From positions 4,898 to 68,897 of the forward strand of contig CAIOGM010000051.1 of assembly GCA_903857795.1 (NCBI GenBank): a stretch of DNA of 64,000 nt, read 5' to 3'. Positions 48,146 through 56,215 of the stretch are shown piece after piece. Origin of the DNA: an uncultured Geobacter sp. Its GTDB lineage: Bacteria > Desulfobacterota > Desulfuromonadia > Geobacterales > CAIOGM01. Position 1 is the first letter of the stretch. Each line of letters begins with the position of its first letter. The notes under the pieces were generated by a model, which was not told the DNA's origin, searched no databases, and was given only the letters and a program-made list of their open reading frames with translations. The position numbers and the translations under genes are program-made.

Positions 48146-50013
48146 CTACCCGCCGGCTGCTGCAGATGGTACAGCGCACGAGATTATCTCATCCACCCGC
48201 TTGCCGTCCAGGGTCTCCTCCAGGGTGAGGGCCCCGGCCAAGGCGTCCAGCGTTACCCGGCTGCCGGTCAGGAGCTCTTCGGCCTGCTGCTCAGCCTCGC
48301 CGATGATCCGGGAGATCTCCTGGTCCAGGCGCCAGGCCATCTCCTCGGAAAAGCTCTTCTCCTGGGCCAGCTTCATCCCCAGGAAAGGATGCTCCTCACC
48401 CCGGCTGAAGGTCACCGGCCCGATGACGTCGCTCATCCCCCACTGACAGACCATCTTCTCCGCCAGCTCCGTGGCCACCTTCAGGTCGTTCTGGGCGCCG
48501 GTGGAGAGATCGCCGAAGACGAGCCGCTCCGCCACCCTCCCCCCCATGAGCACCGTCAGCCGGGTCATGAGATAGCTCCGGGGATAGTAGTGACGGTCAT
48601 CGTCGGGGAGCTGCTGGGTGACCCCCAGCGCCCGCCCCCGGGGGATGATGGTCACCTTGTGGATTGGATCGGTTCCCGGCAGGAGCCGGGCCACCAGGGT
48701 ATGCCCCGCCTCGTGGGCCGCCGTGATCCGCCGCTCCAACTCCGAGAGGGCTACCTTCCGCTCCCCCCCCATGAGCACCTTGTCCTTGGCCTGTTCCAGA
48801 TGGTCGGCGGTGACCTGCTCGGCGTCCTCCCGGGCAGCCAGGATGGCCGCCTCGTTGATGAGATTCTCCAGGTCCGCCCCGGTCATGCCGGGGGTCCCCC
48901 GGGCGATGCTCGCCAACTCCACATCGGGGGCCAGTTTGATCTTTCTGCAGTGAACCCTCAAGATCGCCTCACGATCCCGCCAATCGGGGCGTTCGATGAC
49001 CACGTGCCGGTCGAAGCGCCCCGGCCGCATGAGGGCCTGATCCAGCACATCGGGGCGATTGGTGGCGGCGATGACCACCACCTCCTCATGCTGGTCGAAA
49101 CCGTCCATCTCCGAGAGGAGCTGATTGAGGGTCTGCTCCCGCTCATCGTTCCCCCCCCCATGCCGGCGCCCCGGCTCCGCCCCACCGCATCCAGCTCATC
49201 GATGAAGACGATGCTCGGCGCCGCCTTCTTGGCCGTGGCGAACAGGTCCCGAACCCGGCCGGCGCCAACCCCCACGAACATCTCGATGAACTGGGAGGCC
49301 GAGATGCTGAAGAATACGACCCCAGCCTCTCCGGCCACGGCCCGGGCCAGGAGGGTCTTGCCGGTTCCCGGCGGGCCGAAGAGGAGCACCCCCTTGGGGA
49401 CCTTTCCCCCCAACCGCTGGAACCGTTTCGGCTCCTTCAGATAGTCGACTATCTCCCGCAGCTCCTGCTTGGCCTCCTCCATCCCGGCCACGTCGGCAAA
49501 GCTGATGCTGATCTTCTCCGGCGCATACTCCCGGGCCCCCGACTTGGCGAACCCCCCGAGCATCCCCCCCGGGCCCTGCCCCTTCATCCCCCGCAGGGCG
49601 AAAAACCAGACCCCGAGGATAACGAGCCAGGGGAGGAAGGAGATGACGAGCCCCCCCCAGGGAGAGCTTTCGGTGGAGAGGGCCGTCACCTCCACCTTGT
49701 GTTTCTCCAGGTCGACCATGAGGCCGGGATCGTCGATGGTCGGCAGGGTCAGGGTGAAACCGGTCACCCTCTGCTCTTTTCCCCCCTTGGCAGTCGGCGC
49801 GAGTTGCGTCTTTTCCCGAAACTCCCCGGTTACCGTGCTCCCCTTGACCAGGACGCTCTTCACGTTGTCCCGGGCCAGCTCTTCCTTGAACCGGCTGTAG
49901 CTGACCGGCAGCGCCCCCTCCCCCTCCCGCCGCGAGAGCGTGGAGTAGAAGAGGTTCGCGAACAGGATCATGACGAGGATGGCGATGAATGGCCTCCAGT
50001 TACTCTGCCCCAT
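48146..50013 (-). pseudogene. ftsH: ATP-dependent zinc metalloprotease FtsH, reading frame broken by a 1-nt shift in a G9 homopolymer
   Basis: The N-terminal ORF (48958-50013) carries [19 protein letters not shown] and [21 protein letters not shown]. The C-terminal ORF (48146-49108) carries [34 protein letters not shown] and HEAGH. The two frames meet at C9 (49151-49159, G9 on the coding strand). One extra G would give ...[23 protein letters not shown].... Confidence 0.85.
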
Positions 50014-50085
50014 GAATAGTCGCCTCGTTGGTAGGCCGGTTCAAGCGGAGCGGAACCGGCGATTGTTATCGGAATTGCACTCCAG

Positions 50086-51000
50086 TCAGCGGAGCTGAAA
50101 CCGCCCGAAGCCCCACGAGCCCCCCTTCCCGGCATGGAGATACTCTCCCAGACGGAGGTACGGCAAAAACGGCTCCAGCTCCCCCTCCAGCAGCGCCTCT
50201 CCCATCATCCCGGCAGCGGTCATCCCGCCAGAGAGATCGAAGCGGATACGGGACTCCGTCACCCGGACCTCCCGGCTTTGATGGGCCAGCCAGCGAAAAT
50301 CATCGGCCATCTCTCCGTCACCGTAGGCGGCGACCAGAGACGACACCCGCCTGACCACCCCCCGCAGAAAGAGTGAACAGTCGAAGGAGCGGAGCCCCTT
50401 CCCCTCATGAAATAAGCGCAGGGGGGTGACCAGCGACAGGGTAAGCCGCTCCCCCCCGCCTCCCCCCCCGCTTGCCACGTCAGAGAGCGGCAACAACTGC
50501 AGGTTTTTCGGCGCCCCACTTTGCCGGGCAAACTCCAGAGGGAGCCGCTCTCCGAAGAGCCCCCGGGAGACGACACCGTCAAGGGAGAGGGTGAAACTCC
50601 CGTCACCGAGGTCGGCGGCGGAGAGCTCCCTCATGGCCGCCACAAAGGCCCCGGCAGAGGCCGTGGCGCTCCCCACCAGGGTGAGTCCCACCTCCAGGTC
50701 GCGACAGTGATGCGCTCCTTCAGGGAGGAGGGGGAGATCGAAGATAAAGGGGAGCGGCGGCTTCTGGTGCCGCCGCACCGCCTCAGGATCGCTGGAGAGC
50801 GGCTGGCCGAAGAGCGGAAACCAGGGGCAGGCGAGGGAATCACGGCACTCTCCGCAGAGGAGCAGACGGCCACAGGTTGCCCGCTTCAGGGCCGAAGGAA
50901 AGCTGCGGCGCAGCGCGAACAGAGCGAACCGGTCTCTGGCGAAGCCGTCGATGGTCAGCGAGAAGCAGAGGTGGACGAGGTTCAAATCCATATCGGGCAA
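50086..51000 (-). CDS. Cas6-like RAMP protein (DUF2276 / CRISPR_Cas6-like), orphan
   Basis: The C-terminal glycine-rich loop LHAGKGGSWGFGRFQL fits the Cas6/RAMP G-loop (GxGxxxxxGxG + aromatic). The N-terminal Cys-rich stretch is CGRLLLCGECRDSLACPW. At ~300 aa it is typical of that family as I recall it. No CRISPR repeats or cas genes occur in the window. Confidence 0.45.
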   Translation of the reverse strand: MPDMDLNLVHLCFSLTIDGFARDRFALFALRRSFPSALKRATCGRLLLCGECRDSLACPWFPLFGQPLSSDPEAVRRHQKPPLPFIFDLPLLPEGAHHCRDLEVGLTLVGSATASAGAFVAAMRELSAADLGDGSFTLSLDGVVSRGLFGERLPLEFARQSGAPKNLQLLPLSDVASGGGGGGERLTLSLVTPLRLFHEGKGLRSFDCSLFLRGVVRRVSSLVAAYGDGEMADDFRWLAHQSREVRVTESRIRFDLSGGMTAAGMMGEALLEGELEPFLPYLRLGEYLHAGKGGSWGFGRFQLR

Positions 51001-51093
51001 GAAAAGCCTAATCAGGGCGGGAGGTCAAGAAAATTCTGCAGACAAGCAGAGGAAAAACCATCCAATCAGTTTATTTTAAAAAATTAATATTTA

Positions 51094-51123
51094 TTGACAA
51101 TTAATATTAACAAATGCTAGGTT
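51094..51123 (+). promoter_or_regulatory. Candidate sigma-70 promoter for the DUF2235 gene in an AT-rich divergent spacer
   Basis: TTGACA (51094-51099), an 18-nt spacer, then TGcTAGGTT (extended -10, TAGGTT at 51118-51123), about 70 nt upstream of the ATG at 51195. Direct AATTAATATT repeats flank the -35. Confidence 0.35.
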
Positions 51124-51194
51124 CGCCAAAATTCGTTGTATCTGTAATTTTTGACTCCCTGACCCTCGCGGCCCCTACCCGACAGGAGAACATC

Positions 51195-52340
51195 ATGACG
51201 AAAAACATCATCTTCTGTGCCGATGGCAGCTGGAACAGCCCCTACGAGGACGAGAACGCCGATCACATCCCCGACCCCACCAACGTCTACAAGCTATTTC
51301 ACTGCCTCGACGGCGCGCTGTCACCGGACTCCCTGGGTCAGGCAGACGAGCAGGAGAAGGTGCTGGCCGAAGCCGGGACGACCCGGCAGATAGCGAAATA
51401 TCTCCACGGAGTCGGCGATTCCCGTAACCCCATCGTCAAGCTGCTGGGGGGAGCCTTCGGAGCAGGGGTCATCTCCCGCATCGTCCAGGGGTACACCTTC
51501 ATCTCCCGCAACTATCTTCCCGGCGACAGCATCTCCATCGTCGGCTTCAGTCGCGGGGCTTACACGGCCCGAGCCCTGGCCGGGCTGATCGCCTCCCAGG
51601 GGCTGCTGGCGACCCGGTTGACCACGGAGCGGGAACGATCCTGCCGCGCCGGGGCCCAGGCGTGGTACCGCTATCGAAAGGCGACACATACGGAACCGTT
51701 GCGCCTTGCCAACCTGGCGGAAGTAGCGGCCAACCTGCCGGCGTTTCTCTCCAGCGGCGCCCTGAAGGAGTCGGATCTCGTCCCGGTGGAGAGGATCGCC
51801 GCGGTGGCCGTCTGGGACACCGTGGGGGCCATGGGGTTTCCCGAGTACGAGAACGGGAAAAAGAGCGACCCCTTCAGCTTTGCCGACACGCGGCTGAACC
51901 CCAAGGTGACCATGGGGCGCCACGCCGTCTCCCTGGATGAGCAACGCCAGGCATTCGCCCCCACCCTCTGGGACGCCGCGGATAACGTACTGCAGGCCCT
52001 CTTCCCCGGCGCCCATGGAGACGTCGGGGGGGGCTATCCGCTGGCCAACGGAGAAAGCGGCCTCTCGGATGGCGCGCTCCGGTGGATGATCGACCAGCTG
52101 CGCGGGGAGCTCTTCTTCAGCGACCCCCTCCCCTTCCCCATCACCCCCAACCCGGCGGGAACGGCCCACAAGCCGTGGGTCCATCCTCCCTGGCCTGTCT
52201 TCCCCAGTGGAGTGCGTGACTTCAGCGGGGCGGCGGGAATACAACAGGATCCCTCCATTGGGGCGCGCACGGGGGGAGGCAAAGTCATCGCCGAACCGGG
52301 GGAAGAGCCGGCTGACTATCTGCCGAAAAATCTCCCCTGA
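51195..52340 (+). CDS. DUF2235 alpha/beta-hydrolase (Tle1-type phospholipase-like)
   Basis: NIIFCADGSWNSP at the N-terminus, GxSxG nucleophile elbow IVGFSRGAYTARALAGLI, and later WDTVGAMG and FPGAHGDVGGGY. These are signature blocks of the DUF2235/Tle1 family as I recall them. Confidence 0.75.
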   Translation: MTKNIIFCADGSWNSPYEDENADHIPDPTNVYKLFHCLDGALSPDSLGQADEQEKVLAEAGTTRQIAKYLHGVGDSRNPIVKLLGGAFGAGVISRIVQGYTFISRNYLPGDSISIVGFSRGAYTARALAGLIASQGLLATRLTTERERSCRAGAQAWYRYRKATHTEPLRLANLAEVAANLPAFLSSGALKESDLVPVERIAAVAVWDTVGAMGFPEYENGKKSDPFSFADTRLNPKVTMGRHAVSLDEQRQAFAPTLWDAADNVLQALFPGAHGDVGGGYPLANGESGLSDGALRWMIDQLRGELFFSDPLPFPITPNPAGTAHKPWVHPPWPVFPSGVRDFSGAAGIQQDPSIGARTGGGKVIAEPGEEPADYLPKNLP

Positions 52341-52372
52341 ACCATCAGGAGTTGAGGTAAAGGGGAGGGAGT

Positions 52373-53332
52373 ATGTCACCGTACAGAATCGGCTCCACAG
52401 GCGACGAGGTCCGCCGGATCCAGGAGAAGTTGCAATTGCTGGGACTCTATGGCGGCCCGCTGGACGGGGCGTTCGGCGGCGGCGCCGAGGCAGCGGTCAG
52501 GCTCTTCCAGGAGCAGCGGGGGCTTGAAAGCGACGGGAAGGTCGGCCCCCAGAGCTGGCAAGCCCTCTTCGGATCGGATCTCCCCGCAAACAACATCAGC
52601 GGCAGGAGCCTCGATTACCGCTGCCTGGCGCTCACCGGCGCCTTCGAGACCGACGCCCCCTTTCCCGACTGCTTCTCCGGACTCTCCGGCGATTTCGACG
52701 GTCAGGGGATCAGCCTGGGAGTCTGCCAGTGGAACTTCGGCCAGGGCTCCCTGCAGCCGCTCCTGAAACGGCTCTGCAGCGAGTATCCCGAGACGGCGCG
52801 GGCGCTGTTTCATGATGATCTGGCGCGACTGACGGCGCTTTTCTCCGCCACGAAGGGGGAGCAGCTGGCCTTTGCCCGCTCCATCCAGGATCCCATCAGG
52901 AAGAGGGTGAACGAACCGTGGGGCGGCAGGTTCAAGGCGCTGGGGCGGAGCGACCAGTTCCAGCGGATTCAGGCCGACGCCGCCGCCACTCTCTTTGGTG
53001 ACGCCCGGCGGCTCTGCGGCGACTACGGTCTCTGGTCTCAGCGGGGGGTGGCGCTCATGTTCGACATCAAGGTGCAGAACGGCAGCATCGGTACGGCGGT
53101 TCAGGAGCGGATACGGGAAGAGTTCAGGGGGATCGCTACCACTCTTTCCCCAGAGGAGCAGGAGACAACGCGGCTCCGGATCGTCGCCAACCGCCGGGCC
53201 GAGGCGGCCAACGCCCGGTGGGTCGAGGAGGTCCGGAAACGTAAACTCTGCATCGCCGACGGCAGGGGCACGGTGCACGGCATCGAGTACGACCTGGAAG
53301 AGCAGTTCGGGATCGGCCTGGGGCGGTTCTGA
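52373..53332 (+). CDS. Peptidoglycan-binding-domain protein with C-terminal lysozyme/chitosanase-like (GH46-like) domain
   Basis: The N-terminal PG_binding_1 pattern is GDEVRRIQEKLQLLGLYGGPLDGAFGGGAEAAVRLFQEQRGLESDGKVGPQSWQAL. The C-terminal LTGAFE...GDFDGQGISLGVCQWN...RGVALMFDIKVQNG resembles lysozyme-like glycosidases. The second assignment is tentative. Confidence 0.6.
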   Translation: MSPYRIGSTGDEVRRIQEKLQLLGLYGGPLDGAFGGGAEAAVRLFQEQRGLESDGKVGPQSWQALFGSDLPANNISGRSLDYRCLALTGAFETDAPFPDCFSGLSGDFDGQGISLGVCQWNFGQGSLQPLLKRLCSEYPETARALFHDDLARLTALFSATKGEQLAFARSIQDPIRKRVNEPWGGRFKALGRSDQFQRIQADAAATLFGDARRLCGDYGLWSQRGVALMFDIKVQNGSIGTAVQERIREEFRGIATTLSPEEQETTRLRIVANRRAEAANARWVEEVRKRKLCIADGRGTVHGIEYDLEEQFGIGLGRF

Positions 53333-53358
53333 GCGGCGGGGAAGGATCAGTGAAAAAC

Positions 53359-53397
53359 GAGAGCCCCCTCCGAAGTTGGAGGGGGCTCTCGTTTTTT
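53359..53397 (+). terminator. Rho-independent terminator
   Basis: GAGAGCCCCCTCC (53359-53371) pairs with GGAGGGGGCTCTC (53378-53390), a 13-bp perfect stem with a 6-nt loop, followed by GTTTTTT. Confidence 0.85.
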
Positions 53398-53417
53398 GGA
53401 AGAGAGGGCGCCGAAAA

Positions 53418-53528
53418 TCAATGAACGTCATACATCTTTCTTCTCCGCAGAAACAGCGCCGCACCGAGGCCGGTGCCGATGAGAAGGAGGGTGGAGGGCT
53501 CCGGGACCGGAATCAGACGCCTCGATGA
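53418..53528 (-). pseudogene. Orphan PEP-CTERM sorting-signal tail (3' remnant of a truncated gene)
   Basis: My translation of the minus strand gives SSRRLIPVPEPSTLLLIGTGLGAALFLRRRKMYDVH*. This is a textbook PEP-CTERM motif (PEP + hydrophobic helix + RRRK). The frame is closed by a TGA at 53529-53531 and has no start codon. Confidence 0.6.
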
Positions 53529-53557
53529 TCATCTGAAATTGAGCCGTGTGATCGGTC

Positions 53558-53848
53558 TTATGTACCATCTTCCTTGCCATGACGGATTCCGACAACCACG
53601 ACACATTTTAATTCGATGTTTACTCGATAGCGCAGAATATATCCTGATGCTCCAAACGGTATGACCAGATCCCGAAATGGTGAATCCTCCACAGAAACTC
53701 CCATCAAAGGGTGTAGCTTGAGCCTAGCGGCAGATTCTTTGAGCATCCGAGACATCATCGCGGCTGCTTCTGAATTATACCGTGCGATAAATTCCCGCAA
53801 GCGGATCATATCCGCAAGCGCTCTGGGTGTATAGATCAGACGTGGCAT
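53558..53848 (-). CDS. RelE/ParE-family type II toxin
   Basis: MPRLIYTPRALADMIRLREFI...HPLMG...RDLVIPFGASGYILRYRV....VVVVGIRHGKE. It overlaps the upstream antitoxin gene by 13 nt. Confidence 0.8.
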   Translation of the reverse strand: MPRLIYTPRALADMIRLREFIARYNSEAAAMMSRMLKESAARLKLHPLMGVSVEDSPFRDLVIPFGASGYILRYRVNIELKCVVVVGIRHGKEDGT

Positions 53849-54138
53849 TTGGGCGGCTCGGCCTCTTCATTCGCCCCCCAAGTATCCAGCCAGGAGTTCA
53901 TCTCCTCTTCACTGACGTGCATACCTGTCCGAACGTACTCATCCCAGCTGGTTTGAGTTTCACTACGCAACAGATCAGCTGCCGTCTCGCGTTCAACATA
54001 CTGTCGCAACGCTTCTTTCATTATCCATTGCGGCTTACGCTGTTTGGATGCTGCAAGATTAGCGATCTGCCTCTGCTCCGCGATGCTGAGGCGAATTGCC
54101 GCAAACTTTTCCCGTGGCGCCAACGCAGTCCGAGCCAT
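53836..54138 (-). CDS. Ribbon-helix-helix (CopG/ParD-like) antitoxin
   Basis: The start at 54138 (MARTALAPRE) has AGGAGG upstream. FAAIRLSIAEQRQIANLAASKQRKPQWIMKEALRQYVE is RHH-like. Paired with the ParE-like toxin. Confidence 0.7.
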   Translation of the reverse strand: MARTALAPREKFAAIRLSIAEQRQIANLAASKQRKPQWIMKEALRQYVERETAADLLRSETQTSWDEYVRTGMHVSEEEMNSWLDTWGANEEAEPPKCHV

Positions 54139-54316
54139 TGATAACCTCCTTATCCATTTTATTACCACGCGATCCTATCACGGATAGCGGCAGAATTCCA
54201 ACAGTGAACCAACAACAAAACAAGCTACAACTCAGTATTTTTACGATGTGACACTTTTCATAAACGATATCCTTTAGACCTGCTCTGAAGGGACCGAGGG
54301 GGATGAGTGAGGCTGA

Positions 54317-54419
54317 GGGGACGCACATAAGTTCATAAAAGTAACCCTGCTGCCATCGTTCAGAACATTTTTCTTCCCGATTATATAAAGGGGAAACTTA
54401 TAAACTTATGTGCGTCCCC
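54317..54419. repeat. 17-bp perfect inverted repeat pair separated by 69 bp (MITE- or TIR-like)
   Basis: GGGGACGCACATAAGTT (54317-54333) and AACTTATGTGCGTCCCC (54403-54419), located between two TA modules in non-coding DNA. Confidence 0.8.
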
Positions 54420-54569
54420 CTGCTCCCTACTTCCAAATCGCGCCTCTGCGTCTGACTCGAGGCAGTAGCCGTACGCGTAAGAGACTAATAGCAGTGCCAC
54501 ATCATTTTCTTGCACATAATGCTATCATTGATTACAATGCTATCAATGACATCATCTAAGGAGCTTGCC

Positions 54570-54815
54570 ATGGCATCCCTGACAATCAGAAACCTGGATA
54601 ACAACCTGAAATCTCAACTACGCCAGCGGGCTGCCAGGCATGGCCGTTCCATGGAGGCCGAGGTACGAACAATTTTGGAGCAAACCCTTACTGCGCCAGT
54701 GATGGAACAAAACCTTGCGGTTGCCATCCACCGAAGATTCGAGTCGCTGGACCTTGAATCTCTGCCGATCCCCCCGAGACAGGCCGTGCGTAATCCGCCT
54801 GAATTTGGTGAATAA
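54570..54815 (+). CDS. vapB: FitA/VapB-like (Arc/RHH-type) antitoxin
   Basis: MASLTIRNLDNNLKSQLRQRAARHGRSMEAEVRTILEQ. AAGGAG lies upstream of the ATG at 54570. The PIN toxin gene follows 2 nt later. Confidence 0.75.
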   Translation: MASLTIRNLDNNLKSQLRQRAARHGRSMEAEVRTILEQTLTAPVMEQNLAVAIHRRFESLDLESLPIPPRQAVRNPPEFGE

Positions 54816-54817
54816 CT

Positions 54818-55243
54818 ATGGCAGCCATACTCCTTGACACCAATGTGTTATCCGAACTGATGCGCACTCAGCCGGAACAAGTGGTGATGGACTGGTTTTT
54901 GAAACGTATCGGTGATGTGTTTTACGTCAGTGCAATTACCCAGGCGGAGATCATGCTTGGCATCGCGCTGCTACCCGCCGGGAAACGACGCAATGCCTTG
55001 ACTACGTCGGCCGACGGGATGTTCTCCCAGGACTTTTTCGGGAGATGCCTCTCCTTTGAGGCAAGCTGTGCCGCCCATTATGCCACTATAGTTTCCGGAA
55101 GACGTCAATCCGGTCTGGCAATTTCCACGGAAGATGCCCAAATTGCCGCCATCGCATTGGCGCACGGTTATCCTCTGGCCACGCGTAATACTAAGGACTT
55201 TTTGCGGATCAACGGTCTGAACCTGTACGATCCTTGGCAGTAA
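54818..55243 (+). CDS. vapC: PIN-domain toxin VapC
   Basis: ILLDTNVLSELMR...SAITQAEI...EDAQIAAIALAHGYPLATRNTKDF. Confidence 0.85.
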   Translation: MAAILLDTNVLSELMRTQPEQVVMDWFLKRIGDVFYVSAITQAEIMLGIALLPAGKRRNALTTSADGMFSQDFFGRCLSFEASCAAHYATIVSGRRQSGLAISTEDAQIAAIALAHGYPLATRNTKDFLRINGLNLYDPWQ

Positions 55244-55584
55244 ATCCACAGGTCGTGAATAGTCGAAAACACGTTCTTGCTCATATCAAACCTCCCTTTT
55301 GACTCCGAGAAACCCCGGTTCCGCCAAGACGGAGCCTTTGCCTTGGCGACTGATTTGCTATTCACCGGCCAACCGGTGATTTTCCCAGTTCACATGAAGG
55401 TAATTCATACCACATCGACCATCCCCCGATGCAATCACCTGAACAGGGGATGCCGTATCCCCTGAAACTATCAAAATAACAGTATTTATTGGGAGGTTGA
55501 TATACTTTCGCACTAAAGTAAACGAAGAATAGAGTGGTGCGGTTTCAGAGGGGGTGTACTGAGAGAAGGGAGAGGAGGGAACAG

Positions 55585-56172
55585 TTACGCAGTCGGTAAG
55601 AAGAGCCGGGTCAGGGTTCCCCATCCTGGCTCGGAGGAGGTGCTGAAAGTTGCGCCGAGCTTTTCGGCACGGGCGGCCATGTTGACGATACCATGCCCCC
55701 CGGTGAGTATTGCATTCATGTCAAAGCCCCTGCCGTCGTCACGAAGCGAGATCGTCAGCCCTTCTCCGGTGGAATCAATGGTGAGAACGACAAGGGCCAC
55801 CGCGGCATGTTTGCGAATGTTGGTCATGGCCTCCTTGAAGATCAGATGGAGGTTGAAGGCCATAAGAGGAGAGAGAATCATCTCGGCGGCCAGATTCATG
55901 AAGGTACGGATAGTCTCGATGCTGTTTTTGGCGATATCGGAGATGACTGCCAGTTTGGCGGGCAGCTCATCCCGTTCTGCCCGGGGGTTCGGGACTTCCT
56001 GGGTATCCGATGATCCTTCGGCCACCACCCGCAGGGCGCCCGATGTTTCGATGATTACCACTCCTCGCTGCGCCCCGACGTGCTGGTTGGCGATCCGAAG
56101 CGGCGTCTTGAGCAACCGCTCCAGATCAGGCGCTCCGGAAATCGCCTGGGAGGCACGCACCACCGACACCAT
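55585..56172 (-). pseudogene. Remnant of a GAF-containing sensor histidine kinase (end of GAF + HATPase_c; no His-phosphotransfer domain)
   Basis: ASQAISGAPDLERLLKTPLRIANQHVGAQRGVVIIE is the typical start of the GAF domain in large kinase/AAA/GAF/HK proteins. HATPase_c blocks are LIFKEAMTNIRKHA, RDDGRGF and GHGIVNMAARAEKLGA. No HisKA block lies between them, and there is no sensor or N-terminal part. Confidence 0.55.
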
Positions 56173-56215
56173 GTCCGGATCGATGATTCCCCCCCTGGCG
56201 GGTGAGGAGTACGGT

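Noticed and set aside
55168-55624. Short minus-strand ORFs (55168-55365, 55358-55624) as the missing 5' part of the PEP-CTERM gene or a small-protein gene
   Set aside because: They show no signal peptide, motif or RBS. They lie in different frames and overlap vapC. They are probably non-coding decay products.
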